Virus record (IMG/VR): IMGVR_UViG_3300044501_000024
Location: 1 to 60,268 of that record
Length of the DNA: 60,268 nucleotides
Source: a virus
Taxonomy: Duplodnaviria; Caudoviricetes
Direction: 5' to 3' (one strand)
The notes under the pieces were generated by a model that did not search any database, was not told the DNA's origin, and saw only the letters and a list, made by a program, of their open reading frames with translations. Shown here in pieces: positions 47,395-57,098 of the stretch. Numbering within the stretch: the first letter of the stretch is position 1; each line of letters starts with the position of its first letter. The translations under genes were made by a program, and so were the position numbers.

Positions 47395-48521
47395 GGGTTC
47401 AGCTTCCCCATCTTTTCGTACGCGTCGCGCAGCTCACGGCCCTTGAGCGCGTTGATCACGACGGTGCCCGCCGCCTTCTTCAGCAACTGCATCGCCTGGT
47501 CGTAGTCACCACCCACCTTCGTGAGCGCCAGAGAGAACAGCTTCCCACGCAGCTCTCCGTCGTCTGTCGGCAGTGCCTCTGCCGGGGCCTCTACGTTCTC
47601 CGCGCTCTCCCTCTTGGTGCGGGTCTTCTTGGCCTTCGCGCCTTTCTCGGCTGTCGGCAGCGCCTCGTCCACGCCCTTCGAGATCTGAGCCTCGACGATC
47701 GGCTTCAGATCGGCGGGGGAGTCTGGACTCGAACCAGAGACGGCCGCCTTTGCATCCCCCGAGCCCGGGACTCCGGGCTCCACCACGTTGCCGGCGACGG
47801 CCGTGGTGGCCGAATTCATCAGGCCGTCGAGCAGCGGGTCGGCGCCCGACGGCCTGGGCGCTCTGGCGAGTGCCAAGACCGTGGCCTTCGTGGGGTCCCC
47901 GTCTCCCGGGTCGTCCGGAGCCACCTCCGGCTCGCCGGGCAGCCCGTGATCGAACCCGAGCACGACGTCGGAGAACAGGTCGTCGAGCACGAAGCCGGCG
48001 GCGCGGTTGTAGAGCATCCGCTTCTCGCCGTATCCGCGCCAGACATCCTTGTTCCAGAGGCCGGCCTTCTGGGCGTCGGCAACCGAGAAGTCGCGCTCGC
48101 ATGGCTCTCCGGTGTCGGCGCGCCGCGCGAAGACCAGGCACTTGTAGTCCTTCGTGTCCTTCTCACCTTCGTACTTGACGACCCACTCTGCGAGCAGCCC
48201 GCTCTTCCGCACCAGGCCGAGGCGCAGATTGACGTCCGACTTCGCTCGGCCGTTGACCACGGTGATCGTCGACATGCTGGTCACCGGATCCAGCCCGATG
48301 GCCAGTCCCTTGATCATGGCAGCGGCCACCTTGGCGACCTGAGAATCCTTCGAATCTCCGTCGCGCGCCTTGGGCGACAGGCCGTTGTCGACGAACGCCC
48401 GGGCCGTGGCCCATACCTCGGCCATCGACCGGAAGAGTACGCCGCGTCCCAACTGGACGGGCGCGATGTGCTTCTGCACCTTCTGCGGCTGCGGCTGCGT
48501 CGCCTTCTGCTCTTCGCTCAC
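47391..48521 (-). CDS. RecT-like single-strand annealing protein
   Basis: GLAIGLDP..ITVVNGR, FSVADAQKAGLWNKDVW..Y..RML..RA..DLFSDV motifs. Downstream of the exonuclease. Confidence 0.8.
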   Translation of the reverse strand: MSEEQKATQPQPQKVQKHIAPVQLGRGVLFRSMAEVWATARAFVDNGLSPKARDGDSKDSQVAKVAAAMIKGLAIGLDPVTSMSTITVVNGRAKSDVNLRLGLVRKSGLLAEWVVKYEGEKDTKDYKCLVFARRADTGEPCERDFSVADAQKAGLWNKDVWRGYGEKRMLYNRAAGFVLDDLFSDVVLGFDHGLPGEPEVAPDDPGDGDPTKATVLALARAPRPSGADPLLDGLMNSATTAVAGNVVEPGVPGSGDAKAAVSGSSPDSPADLKPIVEAQISKGVDEALPTAEKGAKAKKTRTKRESAENVEAPAEALPTDDGELRGKLFSLALTKVGGDYDQAMQLLKKAAGTVVINALKGRELRDAYEKMGKLNP

Positions 48522-49372
48522 TCGTCACCATCCTTGTAAGCCCAGCTTGGTAGGGAGGCGATCTCGATCGTCGTCGGGTAGCCCGGCCATTCGCCGGACT
48601 CGGTGCTCTGCTTGTACTGGCGTAGGTGGGTCTTGAACTCGCGGTATCCGCGCTCGCGGGCCAGCGGTTCCAGTTCGTAGACGGCGGTCGCGAACGGCGG
48701 TTCCTTCTCGACTACGACGAACACCCAGCGGCGCTCCTTTGGGGCTAGGACGTTTGCGCCGTCCATGTACATGCCGGCCTGCACATGGTACCGGTACTTG
48801 TGGATGTCCTTCTCCCACTCGCGGAGCGACGCGTCCTTGGACGTCTTGAGGTCGATGATCGTCGGGACGCCTCCGGCATCCGTCAGCCGGTCGATCCGGC
48901 ACTTGCACGACATCTTGGTTTCCGGGTCGACCCACATCAGGCTCGCCTCGTTGACCCCGCGCTCTCCGAGCAGCATGGCCGCCGATGGGTTCCGCAGGAT
49001 CGCGTCGCGCATCTGGTGGAGCGACTGCCAGTCCCAATCGTCGAGCGCCTGGACCCCGGGGTGCGCAGCCTCCCAGGACGCCCACTGGGCCTTGGCCTCA
49101 TTCGAACGCCTGGCGATGCCCAGGCCCTTGGCGTACTCCTGCCGGAAAAGATCCGGCTGTAGCACGAGCCGGTGAAGCGCGTTCCCGAAGTCCATGGCCG
49201 CGGTGGGCGACGGAGGATGCAGGATATGTTGTCGCGCGTGCGCCGCGGTCTGCGAAAACAGCTTCAGGGTCGAGTAGTTGGCTGCGGGCCACGAATGATA
49301 TTCGGCGGCCGACGTCCCAAGGTAGATCCCAGGCTTGACTGAGGTGGGTGCGGTGCTATGCTCTTGGCTCAA
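48518..49372 (-). CDS. RecE-like PD-(D/E)XK exonuclease (DUF3799/ExoVIII-like)
   Basis: YH...STLK, FGNALH, KCRIDRL, IIDLKT, YHVQAGMY and VEKEPPF motifs. Confidence 0.88.
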   Translation of the reverse strand: MSQEHSTAPTSVKPGIYLGTSAAEYHSWPAANYSTLKLFSQTAAHARQHILHPPSPTAAMDFGNALHRLVLQPDLFRQEYAKGLGIARRSNEAKAQWASWEAAHPGVQALDDWDWQSLHQMRDAILRNPSAAMLLGERGVNEASLMWVDPETKMSCKCRIDRLTDAGGVPTIIDLKTSKDASLREWEKDIHKYRYHVQAGMYMDGANVLAPKERRWVFVVVEKEPPFATAVYELEPLARERGYREFKTHLRQYKQSTESGEWPGYPTTIEIASLPSWAYKDGDE

Positions 49373-49455
49373 GGGACTTGCCTCCCTGCCTCACCCGGCC
49401 GATGGTCAGTTGGTCGTCCCATCGGTCGGGTGGTGGCGTCTGTGGGCAGCCTATA

Positions 49456-49683
49456 TCAGGCTCCGGTCACCGCGGGTCCGAAGACCTTCGCGCGGATCGC
49501 CTCCAACCGCCGCAGGATCTTCAGCGGCTGAGCCGAATACTCCAGCTCGTAGCGGTTGATCGTCCTGGGGTTGACGCCGAGCTTCCTGGCGAACTCGACC
49601 TGAGTCAGTCGCATCGCCAGCCGAAGCCGCTTCACGTCGCTTCCGGACATCACCGGCCGGCCCCTCGCTTTTCTCTTCTTCAA
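49456..49683 (-). CDS. XRE-family HTH regulator
   Basis: VKRLRLAMRLTQVEFARKLGVNPRTINRYE. Confidence 0.85.
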   Translation of the reverse strand: MKKRKARGRPVMSGSDVKRLRLAMRLTQVEFARKLGVNPRTINRYELEYSAQPLKILRRLEAIRAKVFGPAVTGA

Positions 49684-49702
49684 TCTCCCCCCTCTCGGTG
49701 CA

Positions 49703-49773
49703 TGTGTACCACGACCATCAATGTGCTGTCAAGCGGCTTTCTGTTGACAGGCTCAGGCCGACGGGTGTACTCT
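49703..49773. promoter_or_regulatory. Divergent promoter pair (minus TTGACA-N18-TACACA; plus TTGACA-N18-TACTCT)
   Basis: -35 boxes at 49727-49732 (minus) and 49744-49749 (plus), at the strand switch. Confidence 0.75.
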
Positions 49774-49791
49774 CCGCTTCGGGAGGCAAGG

Positions 49792-49992
49792 ATGATGAAC
49801 GCGAAGATCACGGATCTGAACCCTGGGCAGAAGTTTAGGACGTTGCTCACCGAGCGGTACGGAGAGGTGATCTACGTTCATCGGGTGGCCGGGGTGTCAA
49901 CGGCGCTCGTCGATCTGGAGCAACTGGGCAAGCGCTACGTGACCGAGCGGAAGAACGTCCACCCGAACCTCCGGGTCGTGGTGGTGGTCTAG
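49792..49992 (+). CDS. Small beta-rich hypothetical protein
   Basis: GGAGG RBS. First gene after the rightward promoter. Confidence 0.6.
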   Translation: MMNAKITDLNPGQKFRTLLTERYGEVIYVHRVAGVSTALVDLEQLGKRYVTERKNVHPNLRVVVVV

Positions 49993-50819
49993 TGCCGTTC
50001 ATCAAGCTCGATCAGGGGGTGCTCAGCTCCACGCTGTGGGACGACTCGGCCGAGCTGGCGAAAGTCTTCCTGACGGCCTGCCTGATGGCTGAGCCATTCA
50101 AGCTGGAACGCGAGCAGCAGCAACTCGACGTGCGCACCATGAGCCCATTGCGCTGGAGCGTTCCACCGGGGCTCTATGGGTTCGTGAGGGCCGCAGGGGT
50201 CGGAATCGTGAATGCCGCCCACGTCAGTCGCCCGGTGGGTCTTCGTTGTCTGATCAAGCTGGGGACGCCCGATTCGGGCAGCAAGTCTTCCGAGTTCGGA
50301 GGCCGCCGTCTCGTCAGGATCAACGGAGGATTCCTGGTCCTGAATTACTTCCGGTACCGCCAGTACGACTTCGGTGCGGCCGACCGGATGAAGGCGCTAA
50401 GGGCATCGCGTTCGGCGAACGTCACGGATGTTCGGCGAACTGTTACGGAAGCAGAAGCAGAAGCAGAAGCAGAAGCAGAAACGTCAACGGACTACCCCCC
50501 TACCCCCCAAGGGGGGGTGGTCTCTGAGAAGCACGCGGCTGCGGCGCTAGCGCTCTTCGAATACTGGACGGCGAAGACCGGCCATCAGAAAGCCAAGTTC
50601 ACTCCGGAGCGCCGCCGAAAGATCCTGGCGCGGCTCAGAGAGGGGATGACCGAAGAGGAGGGGAGGCAGGCGATCGACGGCTGCTGGTCTTCGGAGTTCC
50701 ACCGCGGTGCGAACGAGACGGGCACCGTCTACGATTCGATCAACCTGATTTTCCGGAGTCGGGAGAAGGTCGACGAGTTCATAGCGCGGAGCCGCAACGT
50801 GCGTCCGGTGCCGTTGTGA
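49992..50819 (+). CDS. Putative replication initiator protein
   Basis: FIKLDQGVLSSTLW N-terminus, internal repeats and PPTPQGG, C-terminal FEYW..TPERRRKILARL domain. Confidence 0.7.
   Translation: MPFIKLDQGVLSSTLWDDSAELAKVFLTACLMAEPFKLEREQQQLDVRTMSPLRWSVPPGLYGFVRAAGVGIVNAAHVSRPVGLRCLIKLGTPDSGSKSSEFGGRRLVRINGGFLVLNYFRYRQYDFGAADRMKALRASRSANVTDVRRTVTEAEAEAEAEAETSTDYPPTPQGGVVSEKHAAAALALFEYWTAKTGHQKAKFTPERRRKILARLREGMTEEEGRQAIDGCWSSEFHRGANETGTVYDSINLIFRSREKVDEFIARSRNVRPVPL
50410..50517. repeat. Candidate replication origin: 2x GTTCGGCGAAC (20-bp period), 5x GAAGCA, C/G-tract dyad
   Basis: Seen directly within the initiator gene. Confidence 0.6.
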
Positions 50820-51562
50820 CCAACCACGACCCGATCCCGACCCTGGAGCAGTTGCTGGAGGCACGGCACCGGAAGGACGTGTTCGTGGCCGAGTGTAACA
50901 CCGGGAGCAGTTGGGGCGGCTGCCAGCGGCTCGACGCCTGGGTCCTGGTCAAGACGTGGAGCCCGTGGACGACCATCGGCTATGAGATCAAGCGGACGCG
51001 CGGTGACTTCGTTCGGGACCAGAAGTGGCAGGGGTATCTGCCGATGTGCCACCTGTTCTACTTCCTGGTGCCTAAGGGTCTCGTGCAGCCCGAGGAGTTG
51101 CCGGCGGACTGCGGCCTACTGTGGGCGCACGGCCGCCGGCTCCTGGTCAAGCGCGCTGCGGTGCGCCGAGCCCCGACCCCCGAGGCGCTCAGCATGCTCA
51201 TGAGCTACGTGCTGATGAGCCGGACGCGGATCGTCGGCGACATGTGGCAGGCCAACGGCATTCAGAGCACGGCCGACTTCTGGCGGAAGTGGGTTGCCGA
51301 CCGCAAGCAACAGCAGCGTATAGGGCACATTGCCAGCGGTCGTATCCGGGGGCTGCTGGAGGATGCGCAACGGGAGGCGCGTCGGGCGAAGGACGAGGCT
51401 GGGCGGTACGAGGGCGTGAAGCGAGCGCTGCTCGAACTCGGATTCCCAGAGGGTGCCGGGAGCTGGGAGATCCGCAGGCGGCTAGATGGAAAAGGCCAGT
51501 TGAAGGAGATCGAGCAACTGGCGCAGAGCATCCTGCGCGTCGCGACCGCAGGGGAGGGATAA
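50816..51562 (+). CDS. MmcB-like PD-(D/E)XK nuclease
   Basis: RLDAW...GYEIKRTRGDFVRDQKWQGY..C..FYFLVP...GLL. Confidence 0.75.
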   Translation: MTNHDPIPTLEQLLEARHRKDVFVAECNTGSSWGGCQRLDAWVLVKTWSPWTTIGYEIKRTRGDFVRDQKWQGYLPMCHLFYFLVPKGLVQPEELPADCGLLWAHGRRLLVKRAAVRRAPTPEALSMLMSYVLMSRTRIVGDMWQANGIQSTADFWRKWVADRKQQQRIGHIASGRIRGLLEDAQREARRAKDEAGRYEGVKRALLELGFPEGAGSWEIRRRLDGKGQLKEIEQLAQSILRVATAGEG

Positions 51563-51565
51563 CGC

Positions 51566-51961
51566 GTGGCCAAGTGCAAGGCGTGCAAGGCCGACATCTG
51601 GTTCGTGAAGACCGAGGCCCTGAAGATCATGCCGTTCGACACGGAGCCCTCGGAGACCGGAAGCTACAAGATCATCGAGGGGAACCCACGTGTCGCCAGC
51701 TACGTTCACGAGAAGAACCGCCACCTGGAGCCGATACTGTACTCGCCTCACTGGAGCAGTTGCCCGCACGCCGATCGCTTTCGGCAGCAGCCAGTCGAAC
51801 GCCCCAGGTACCTGGCCTTCGCCCTGTGCCCGCAGTGCGGCAGGCGGTACACCGAGGTGCTCAGCGACAGTCGGTGCGGCGACTGTCTGAACGACGGGGA
51901 CCGAGTAGTGCAGCTCGTCGAGGCAAAGTTGGAGGCCCGGGAGAAGGAGGGGGAGCGATGA
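51566..51961 (+). CDS. Zinc-binding hypothetical protein
   Basis: CKAC..IWF, HWSSCP and CPQC..CGDC motifs. Confidence 0.65.
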   Translation: MAKCKACKADIWFVKTEALKIMPFDTEPSETGSYKIIEGNPRVASYVHEKNRHLEPILYSPHWSSCPHADRFRQQPVERPRYLAFALCPQCGRRYTEVLSDSRCGDCLNDGDRVVQLVEAKLEAREKEGER

Positions 51962-52031
51962 CCTGGCCTGAAGTGGTGGTGCTCGTCGCCGTGCTCCTGT
52001 TCGCGTGGGCGTTTATGAGGGATCTGAACCG

Positions 52032-52538
52032 GTGACGGATCTCTCCGACGCGATCCAGGAAAAGAATAGACTTCTTCTCGAGCTTGAGGGAGCAAAGCGC
52101 GAGCAAGGCAATCGCCGGCTCGTCGAGTCGTTGGCAACCAATGCCGCCGTTCTCGAGACCAGGATCGCAGAGTGGTTCCGCTCGCATGGTCGCACTGAGG
52201 AGGCGGTCGTGAGCCTTGTCAGCGCGGCTTCGTGCCTCGCTGACGCCCATCGTCCGTCCGAGGTCGCGAGGCTCCTTGGCCGAGCCCGCGCCCTGACCAG
52301 CTTGAAGAAGGTCCAGGCGTGGATCGAACAGGAGTACGCAGCCACCTTCCAACGCTTCATGGAGGACTACCGCAGGGAGGAGGAGGCCCTCGCCCGTGCC
52401 CAGCGCCTCGCCGGGGCGCGTGAGATGCGGGAGCGCGCAGCTAGGCTCGCCGACGAGTACGGCTGGACCGAACTGGCCAAGGCGATCCGCGCCTTTCCCG
52501 ACGAGGATGAGTCGGAGGAGGAAGTGAAGCGTGGCTGA
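52032..52538 (+). CDS. Modular hypothetical protein (paralogous N-domain plus AGAREMRERAA module)
   Basis: Aligns with 44998-45498 and 52531-52977. Confidence 0.7.
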   Translation: MTDLSDAIQEKNRLLLELEGAKREQGNRRLVESLATNAAVLETRIAEWFRSHGRTEEAVVSLVSAASCLADAHRPSEVARLLGRARALTSLKKVQAWIEQEYAATFQRFMEDYRREEEALARAQRLAGAREMRERAARLADEYGWTELAKAIRAFPDEDESEEEVKRG

Positions 52539-52977
52539 TCCAATCGAGGCGGCGGGGGAGTGGTTGGAGCGGAACGCCGCCACCTTACGTCTCCTGGCCC
52601 TTCTCCCTAAGGCCGCAAAGCAACAGGTGCTTGTCGATCTGGATGCCTTCGCCCGTGCCCATCGCCGCGAGGGGACGGAGGCGAGAGACCGGGAGTATGC
52701 TGACGCCCTTGGGATTCCCGCCGCCCGTGACACCATGTCCCCATCTTTGTGCGCGAGCTACGTCAAAGAGGCTACCGCGCTTGCTGAACACGAAGGACGT
52801 ATCGCCGGGGCGCGTGAGATGCGGGAGAGAGCGGCGTATTTGGTGGCAACGCACGATGTCGTATGGAGCTACGGGCAGAGCAGGTTCTCACGGATTGAGC
52901 CTCAAAATCGTAGCATCCTCCAGCGATTACGAGCCAAGGCGATTCTCGCGCTGCCTGACGAGCCGGAGCGGATCTAG
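52531..52977 (+). CDS. Hypothetical protein with AGAREMRERAA module
   Basis: 26-bp identity with the upstream gene. GGAGG RBS. Confidence 0.65.
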   Translation: MADPIEAAGEWLERNAATLRLLALLPKAAKQQVLVDLDAFARAHRREGTEARDREYADALGIPAARDTMSPSLCASYVKEATALAEHEGRIAGAREMRERAAYLVATHDVVWSYGQSRFSRIEPQNRSILQRLRAKAILALPDEPERI

Positions 52978-53045
52978 TCTGTGGATGCCCGCGTTTCGCT
53001 GGAGCGGCTGGAAGCTGACGAGCCGGAGCCGAGGACGGAGAAGCG

Positions 53046-54322
53046 ATGAAGCTGAGTGAGGTCAAGGCCGAGGCGGAACGCGCTCTGAAGTACAAGCGCC
53101 AGTGTGATTGTGGACGAGACGATCAACGGAAGATCCTCGCCCTCGTCGCGGTTGCGGAGCAGGCGCAGGTACTCACCTCCGGAATCCGGAGGTGGAACGA
53201 GGAGGTCCAGGGAGTGATCGGACGACAGCCGGACTATCGCTGGCCGGCGTTGGATGAGGCAGAGTCTGCTCTCGCCGAGCTGGAGGCCCTGTGAGCGACC
53301 CACGAGAGAGAAGACGGTATGAGCTGACCGAGGCCGAGCTGAAGGAATTGCGGAAGGCGATTACTCCAGATCCCCTCATCTATGGCAGTGGGGGCGTACC
53401 GCTCTTCCGCTCGCAGCAGCAAAAGGCGAACGATGCTTGGGCCGAACTCGGCAAGCGCATGGGATTCAGGTGGGAGACTGTGCTTCCTGCCTCTGGAGGA
53501 GACCGCTTTTTCTCTGCCGAGCCTCTGGAGGATGACCTGTGAGCGACCCACGCGACGTGGAGCGGGCGCGGAAGGCGGCAGAGCGAATCCGCAAACTGCT
53601 TGATATTTCTGACGATGAGCAGGGCTGTGAACATCTCCCGAACGAAGACTTCCTCTGCTGGCATTGCCAAGTGGAGATATTCGAGCGCGAAGTTCTCCGC
53701 GCCCTAGAGGACGTCCGGCGCGAGGACCGGGAGGAGATCGAGCGCCTCAGGCGCCAAGTCTACAGAGAACGAGACGAGGCCCTGGAAGCCGCCGAGCGCG
53801 AGGTCGACCGTCTATGGACTGGGCTGAGAGCCGACATGGTGCAGCTCGCTGGCAACTTGCACGCGCGGGAGCTGGCGGGCTACCGGGACCGTGAGGCGAC
53901 GATCGAGACGCTGACCCGGGATCGAGATATAGCGCGAAAGTGGTCCGCGCGCTGGAAGAAGTTAGCCGATTGGAGAGGGTGGTGGCCGGCGTCGAGGCAC
54001 GAACAAAATCGCCGGAGCGTCGCGAGAGCTATGGACGCGGCTGCGGCCCAGGTGAAGAGACTGAGGTGAAGAGCGAATGAGCGACCGGACCGTGATTCAC
54101 CGGATTGAAGTACAACTCCCGGCCGACGCCACGCCCAGGGGCCTGGTGATCGTCTACACCCAGCCGCCGGAGGAGGGCCAGCAGGACCCCGGCCTGAACG
54201 CATCGCTCAGGGTCTGGACGTCGGTCGACGACGACAGCGTCACGGTGAAGGCGAAAAGGGCGGTGGTCGCCCAGGCGGCCAAGGCCTGCGCCGAGCAGGT
54301 GATTGAAAGGCTGGGGCATTGA
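53046..54322 (+). other. Small nin-region-like genes (53046-53294, 53291-53542, 53539-54069, 54077-54322)
   Basis: GTGA overlaps and RBSs. Confidence 0.6.
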
Positions 54323-54927
54323 TGGAGCTTCTCAAGCCGACCACCCGGACACGGTGCGGCCAGTGCGGACGAAAGGTCGACGTCACCATAGAGCGCAAGC
54401 TCTCCGATCACTGGACACACGGCGGTGAGCGGTGCCCCGGGTCGGGCGATGGCATCGGCGCGAGGCCAAGGCCGAAACTCAGGCCTCGGATCCAGAGGAA
54501 ACGCCGCCCCCGACGGCTGCGGAAGACGCCGATCGCCACGCTCAAGAGGAAGCTCGACCGTCTCTGGAGCCAGATCGTACGGGCGCGCGATGGCCGGTGC
54601 ATGGTCCAGCACCTCAAGGTACTGCCGACCCCGTGTCGTGGTGGGCTGGACGGCGACCACATCTTCGGGCAGAAGAAATTGAGGTGGGTGGTGGAATCCG
54701 GAGCCGCTGTCTGCCGGGCGCACCACCGAGCGATAACGTTCAACCAGGCGTCGCACGCTGTTCTCGGCGTGCGGATGCTGAGCAGCCACTACGAGAGGAT
54801 GCTGGTGCTGGCCAACGACGACCGCGGTCGACACACGTACGGCAGGCAGGAGTTGGAAGAGATCATGGCTAAGCTGACGCAGCGGGCCAACCGGCCATGG
54901 GCCAACCAGCCAACGACACGGACTTGA
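54319..54927 (+). CDS. NinG/Rap-like HNH-type nuclease
   Basis: LKRKLDRLWSQIVRARD..C...C...DHIF..LRW...CRAHH. Confidence 0.7.
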   Translation: MMELLKPTTRTRCGQCGRKVDVTIERKLSDHWTHGGERCPGSGDGIGARPRPKLRPRIQRKRRPRRLRKTPIATLKRKLDRLWSQIVRARDGRCMVQHLKVLPTPCRGGLDGDHIFGQKKLRWVVESGAAVCRAHHRAITFNQASHAVLGVRMLSSHYERMLVLANDDRGRHTYGRQELEEIMAKLTQRANRPWANQPTTRT

Positions 54928-54942
54928 CATCCGTGGTATAGT
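54913..54942 (+). promoter_or_regulatory. Promoter variant ACGACA-N5-TTGACA-N7-TATAGT
   Basis: Same register as the promoter family. Extended -10 TG present. Confidence 0.55.
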
Positions 54943-54962
54943 CTGCCTGGGAGGTTGGGCTA

Positions 54963-55417
54963 ATGAGAATAGTGGGAGACGTGGCGGGGGACGCGAGGTT
55001 TCCGGAGCCGATCGACGTCTACCGGGCCCATCATCGGCTCGGGAAGTTCGTAATCCGCGGCCGTCGCCAAGGCCGGCTCGTGTGTTCTGCCCCTGGGCTG
55101 CCGCTGGAGTTCAGCCGACTAGAGCTGGCGCAGGCCGTGGTCAACCAGCTTGAGCAGGAGTCCGTGGTCTACTACGACATCGAAGCCCTCTGATGCAGAG
55201 CACGTACGCCAGGCAACGAGAGAAGCACGAGAAGCCGATCGCTCTGATCGAGCAGGCGTCCGCCGAGCTGGAGGATGCGACACGCCAGGCGCGGCAGGCG
55301 CTGTGGGCCGCAGCCGTCACCTTGGCCCCGGACCACGCGTACTGGGACGTGCGCGACGCGCTGCTGGCGCGGGCGCGCGAGGCGCTGGCCAAACTGGAAG
55401 CGGGGGTAAGGGTATGA
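54963..55417 (+). other. Two small hypothetical genes (54963-55193, 55193-55417)
   Basis: GGAGG RBS and TGATG overlap. Confidence 0.55.
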
Positions 55418-55926
55418 AGTCAGAGCGCGAACTGGCGATGCTCGCCGCGGGCCACGGGGACTTCCGTCTCTGGCTGTCGCGGCTGGTGGTCGTGGCCCTC
55501 GTGGCGGTCCAAGCGCTGTTCTTCGTGGGCATCGTCACGGCCCAGCAGAGCACGCTGTACTACCAGCCGTACGCCGACGTCGACCGGGGACTGCTCGTCG
55601 AACGGATGCGCTCGGTGGGCTGCGAGCTGAGCTACCAGTACGGGTCAAGCGACAGCGACGCGGTGTGGGATTGCCGTGGGCTGGCCGCGCAAGGATCACC
55701 GTTGCTCGATGCCGTGGTGGCGCTCCAGCAGCAGCAGAATGCGCTGGCCCTTCAGAGGATGCTGATCCAATCCGTCCGCGAACAGCAGCAGAGAGAGGCC
55801 GAGCACCGAGCGGTAACAGAGAAGGCCCACAGACTGATCATGAAGGTCGCGTGGCTGTCACTCGCTGTGGGCATTGCGATAGGGGTCATCGCGGTCTTCA
55901 TGCTTCGGTCGCGCAAGATCTCGTAA
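55414..55926 (+). CDS. Membrane protein with two TM helices
   Basis: Hydrophobic segments at both ends flanking a Cys-pair/coiled-coil region. Confidence 0.65.
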   Translation: MKSERELAMLAAGHGDFRLWLSRLVVVALVAVQALFFVGIVTAQQSTLYYQPYADVDRGLLVERMRSVGCELSYQYGSSDSDAVWDCRGLAAQGSPLLDAVVALQQQQNALALQRMLIQSVREQQQREAEHRAVTEKAHRLIMKVAWLSLAVGIAIGVIAVFMLRSRKIS

Positions 55927-55929
55927 GGC

Positions 55930-55959
55930 TTGACAGCGGACAGACAGTTGCTGTAGGCT
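55930..55959 (+). promoter_or_regulatory. Promoter TTGACA-N5-CAGACA-N7-TAGGCT
   Basis: Preceded by TAAGGC. Contains GACAGTTG as in the 43594 and 32989 copies. Confidence 0.75.
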
Positions 55960-55979
55960 GTAGGTGGGAGGCAAGGCCG

Positions 55980-57094
55980 ATGAAAGTCCTGGAAGAGCTG
56001 ACCGACACCCAGATCGCGAGCCGTTCTCTTCAGATCGCAGAGGGCATCATCCTCATGGAACACGGGTGCGTCAGCGTCAGGCAACCCCGCGCCAGGCACC
56101 TGATCAAGAACGACCCTGGGATTCAGAAACTGCGACGGACCCGCGATCGGCTTGACCTTAAGGCCATTGCCCTCTCCGGATTCGCGGAATGGGAGGACGC
56201 TGGGCTCGTGAGACATCCCGTAGATCTGCCGCCGCTGCAAAGCGGCTGCGGCCGATGGGGGCTGTCGTACGATCGGTGCGTGCTGACCTGCGGTCATCTG
56301 GGGCCCTGCCGCGACTCGGCGGGGAACACGACGCTCACGCTGACGAGGGCGATCCTTGCCGCTGTTTGACGTCAGGGTCATGCGCGTGACTCAGCAGCGC
56401 GCTTGGATCCGCGACATCCCGGCTGCCGACGCGGACGAGGCCCGCGAAAGGGCCATGGAGGCCGCTGGCGACGACAAGTACATTCAATGGGAGGACGGGG
56501 AATGCAACGAACCGGAAGTCGAAAGGATAGTTCCTATACGTCGCAGTCGCTGAGCTACGAACAGCAGCAGCGCGAGGCGTGGGACAAGCAACTCGGACGG
56601 TGGCGGGGTCACGCGTACGTCGCGTATCGGCTCGCGGACATCGCTCGGCAGGGGGGATGCCCGATCCTCGCCGCGGCCCACGAAAGGGCGGGTGCCCGCT
56701 GGCAGCAGATCGAAGCCGAGCACGGGCGCTACGACATCGAGTTCGAGTTGAACGCGAACGACACCGCGAACCTCCGGGCGATCGCCGAGATGATCCACTC
56801 GGCGCAGACCAAGGCCGAGACCGTCAGCTTCGAGCTGGTCTCATGACCGAGACGATCACGCCGTACGAGCACGAGCGCTCGGTGTTCATCATCGAGGAGC
56901 GCAACGTCCACGTCCGCGGATCTCAGCCGCCGGTCGGCGGCTGGCTACCCTATCAGATGTGCCTCGGCCGGGCATCCGCCGAGAAGGCGCTGGAGAATCT
57001 CCAGGCCCAGAGGCTGGCTAACTGGGAGTACCGTCTCAGGCTCTACGTTCCTGTCGACCCGCCCGCGGGTAACGCGGGGCCGCAAAGCCAATGA
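55980..57094 (+). other. Small hypothetical genes (55980-56369, 56356-56553, about 56550-56846, 56843-57094)
   Basis: Overlapping ORFs downstream of the promoter. Confidence 0.55.
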
Positions 57095-57098
57095 GGTG

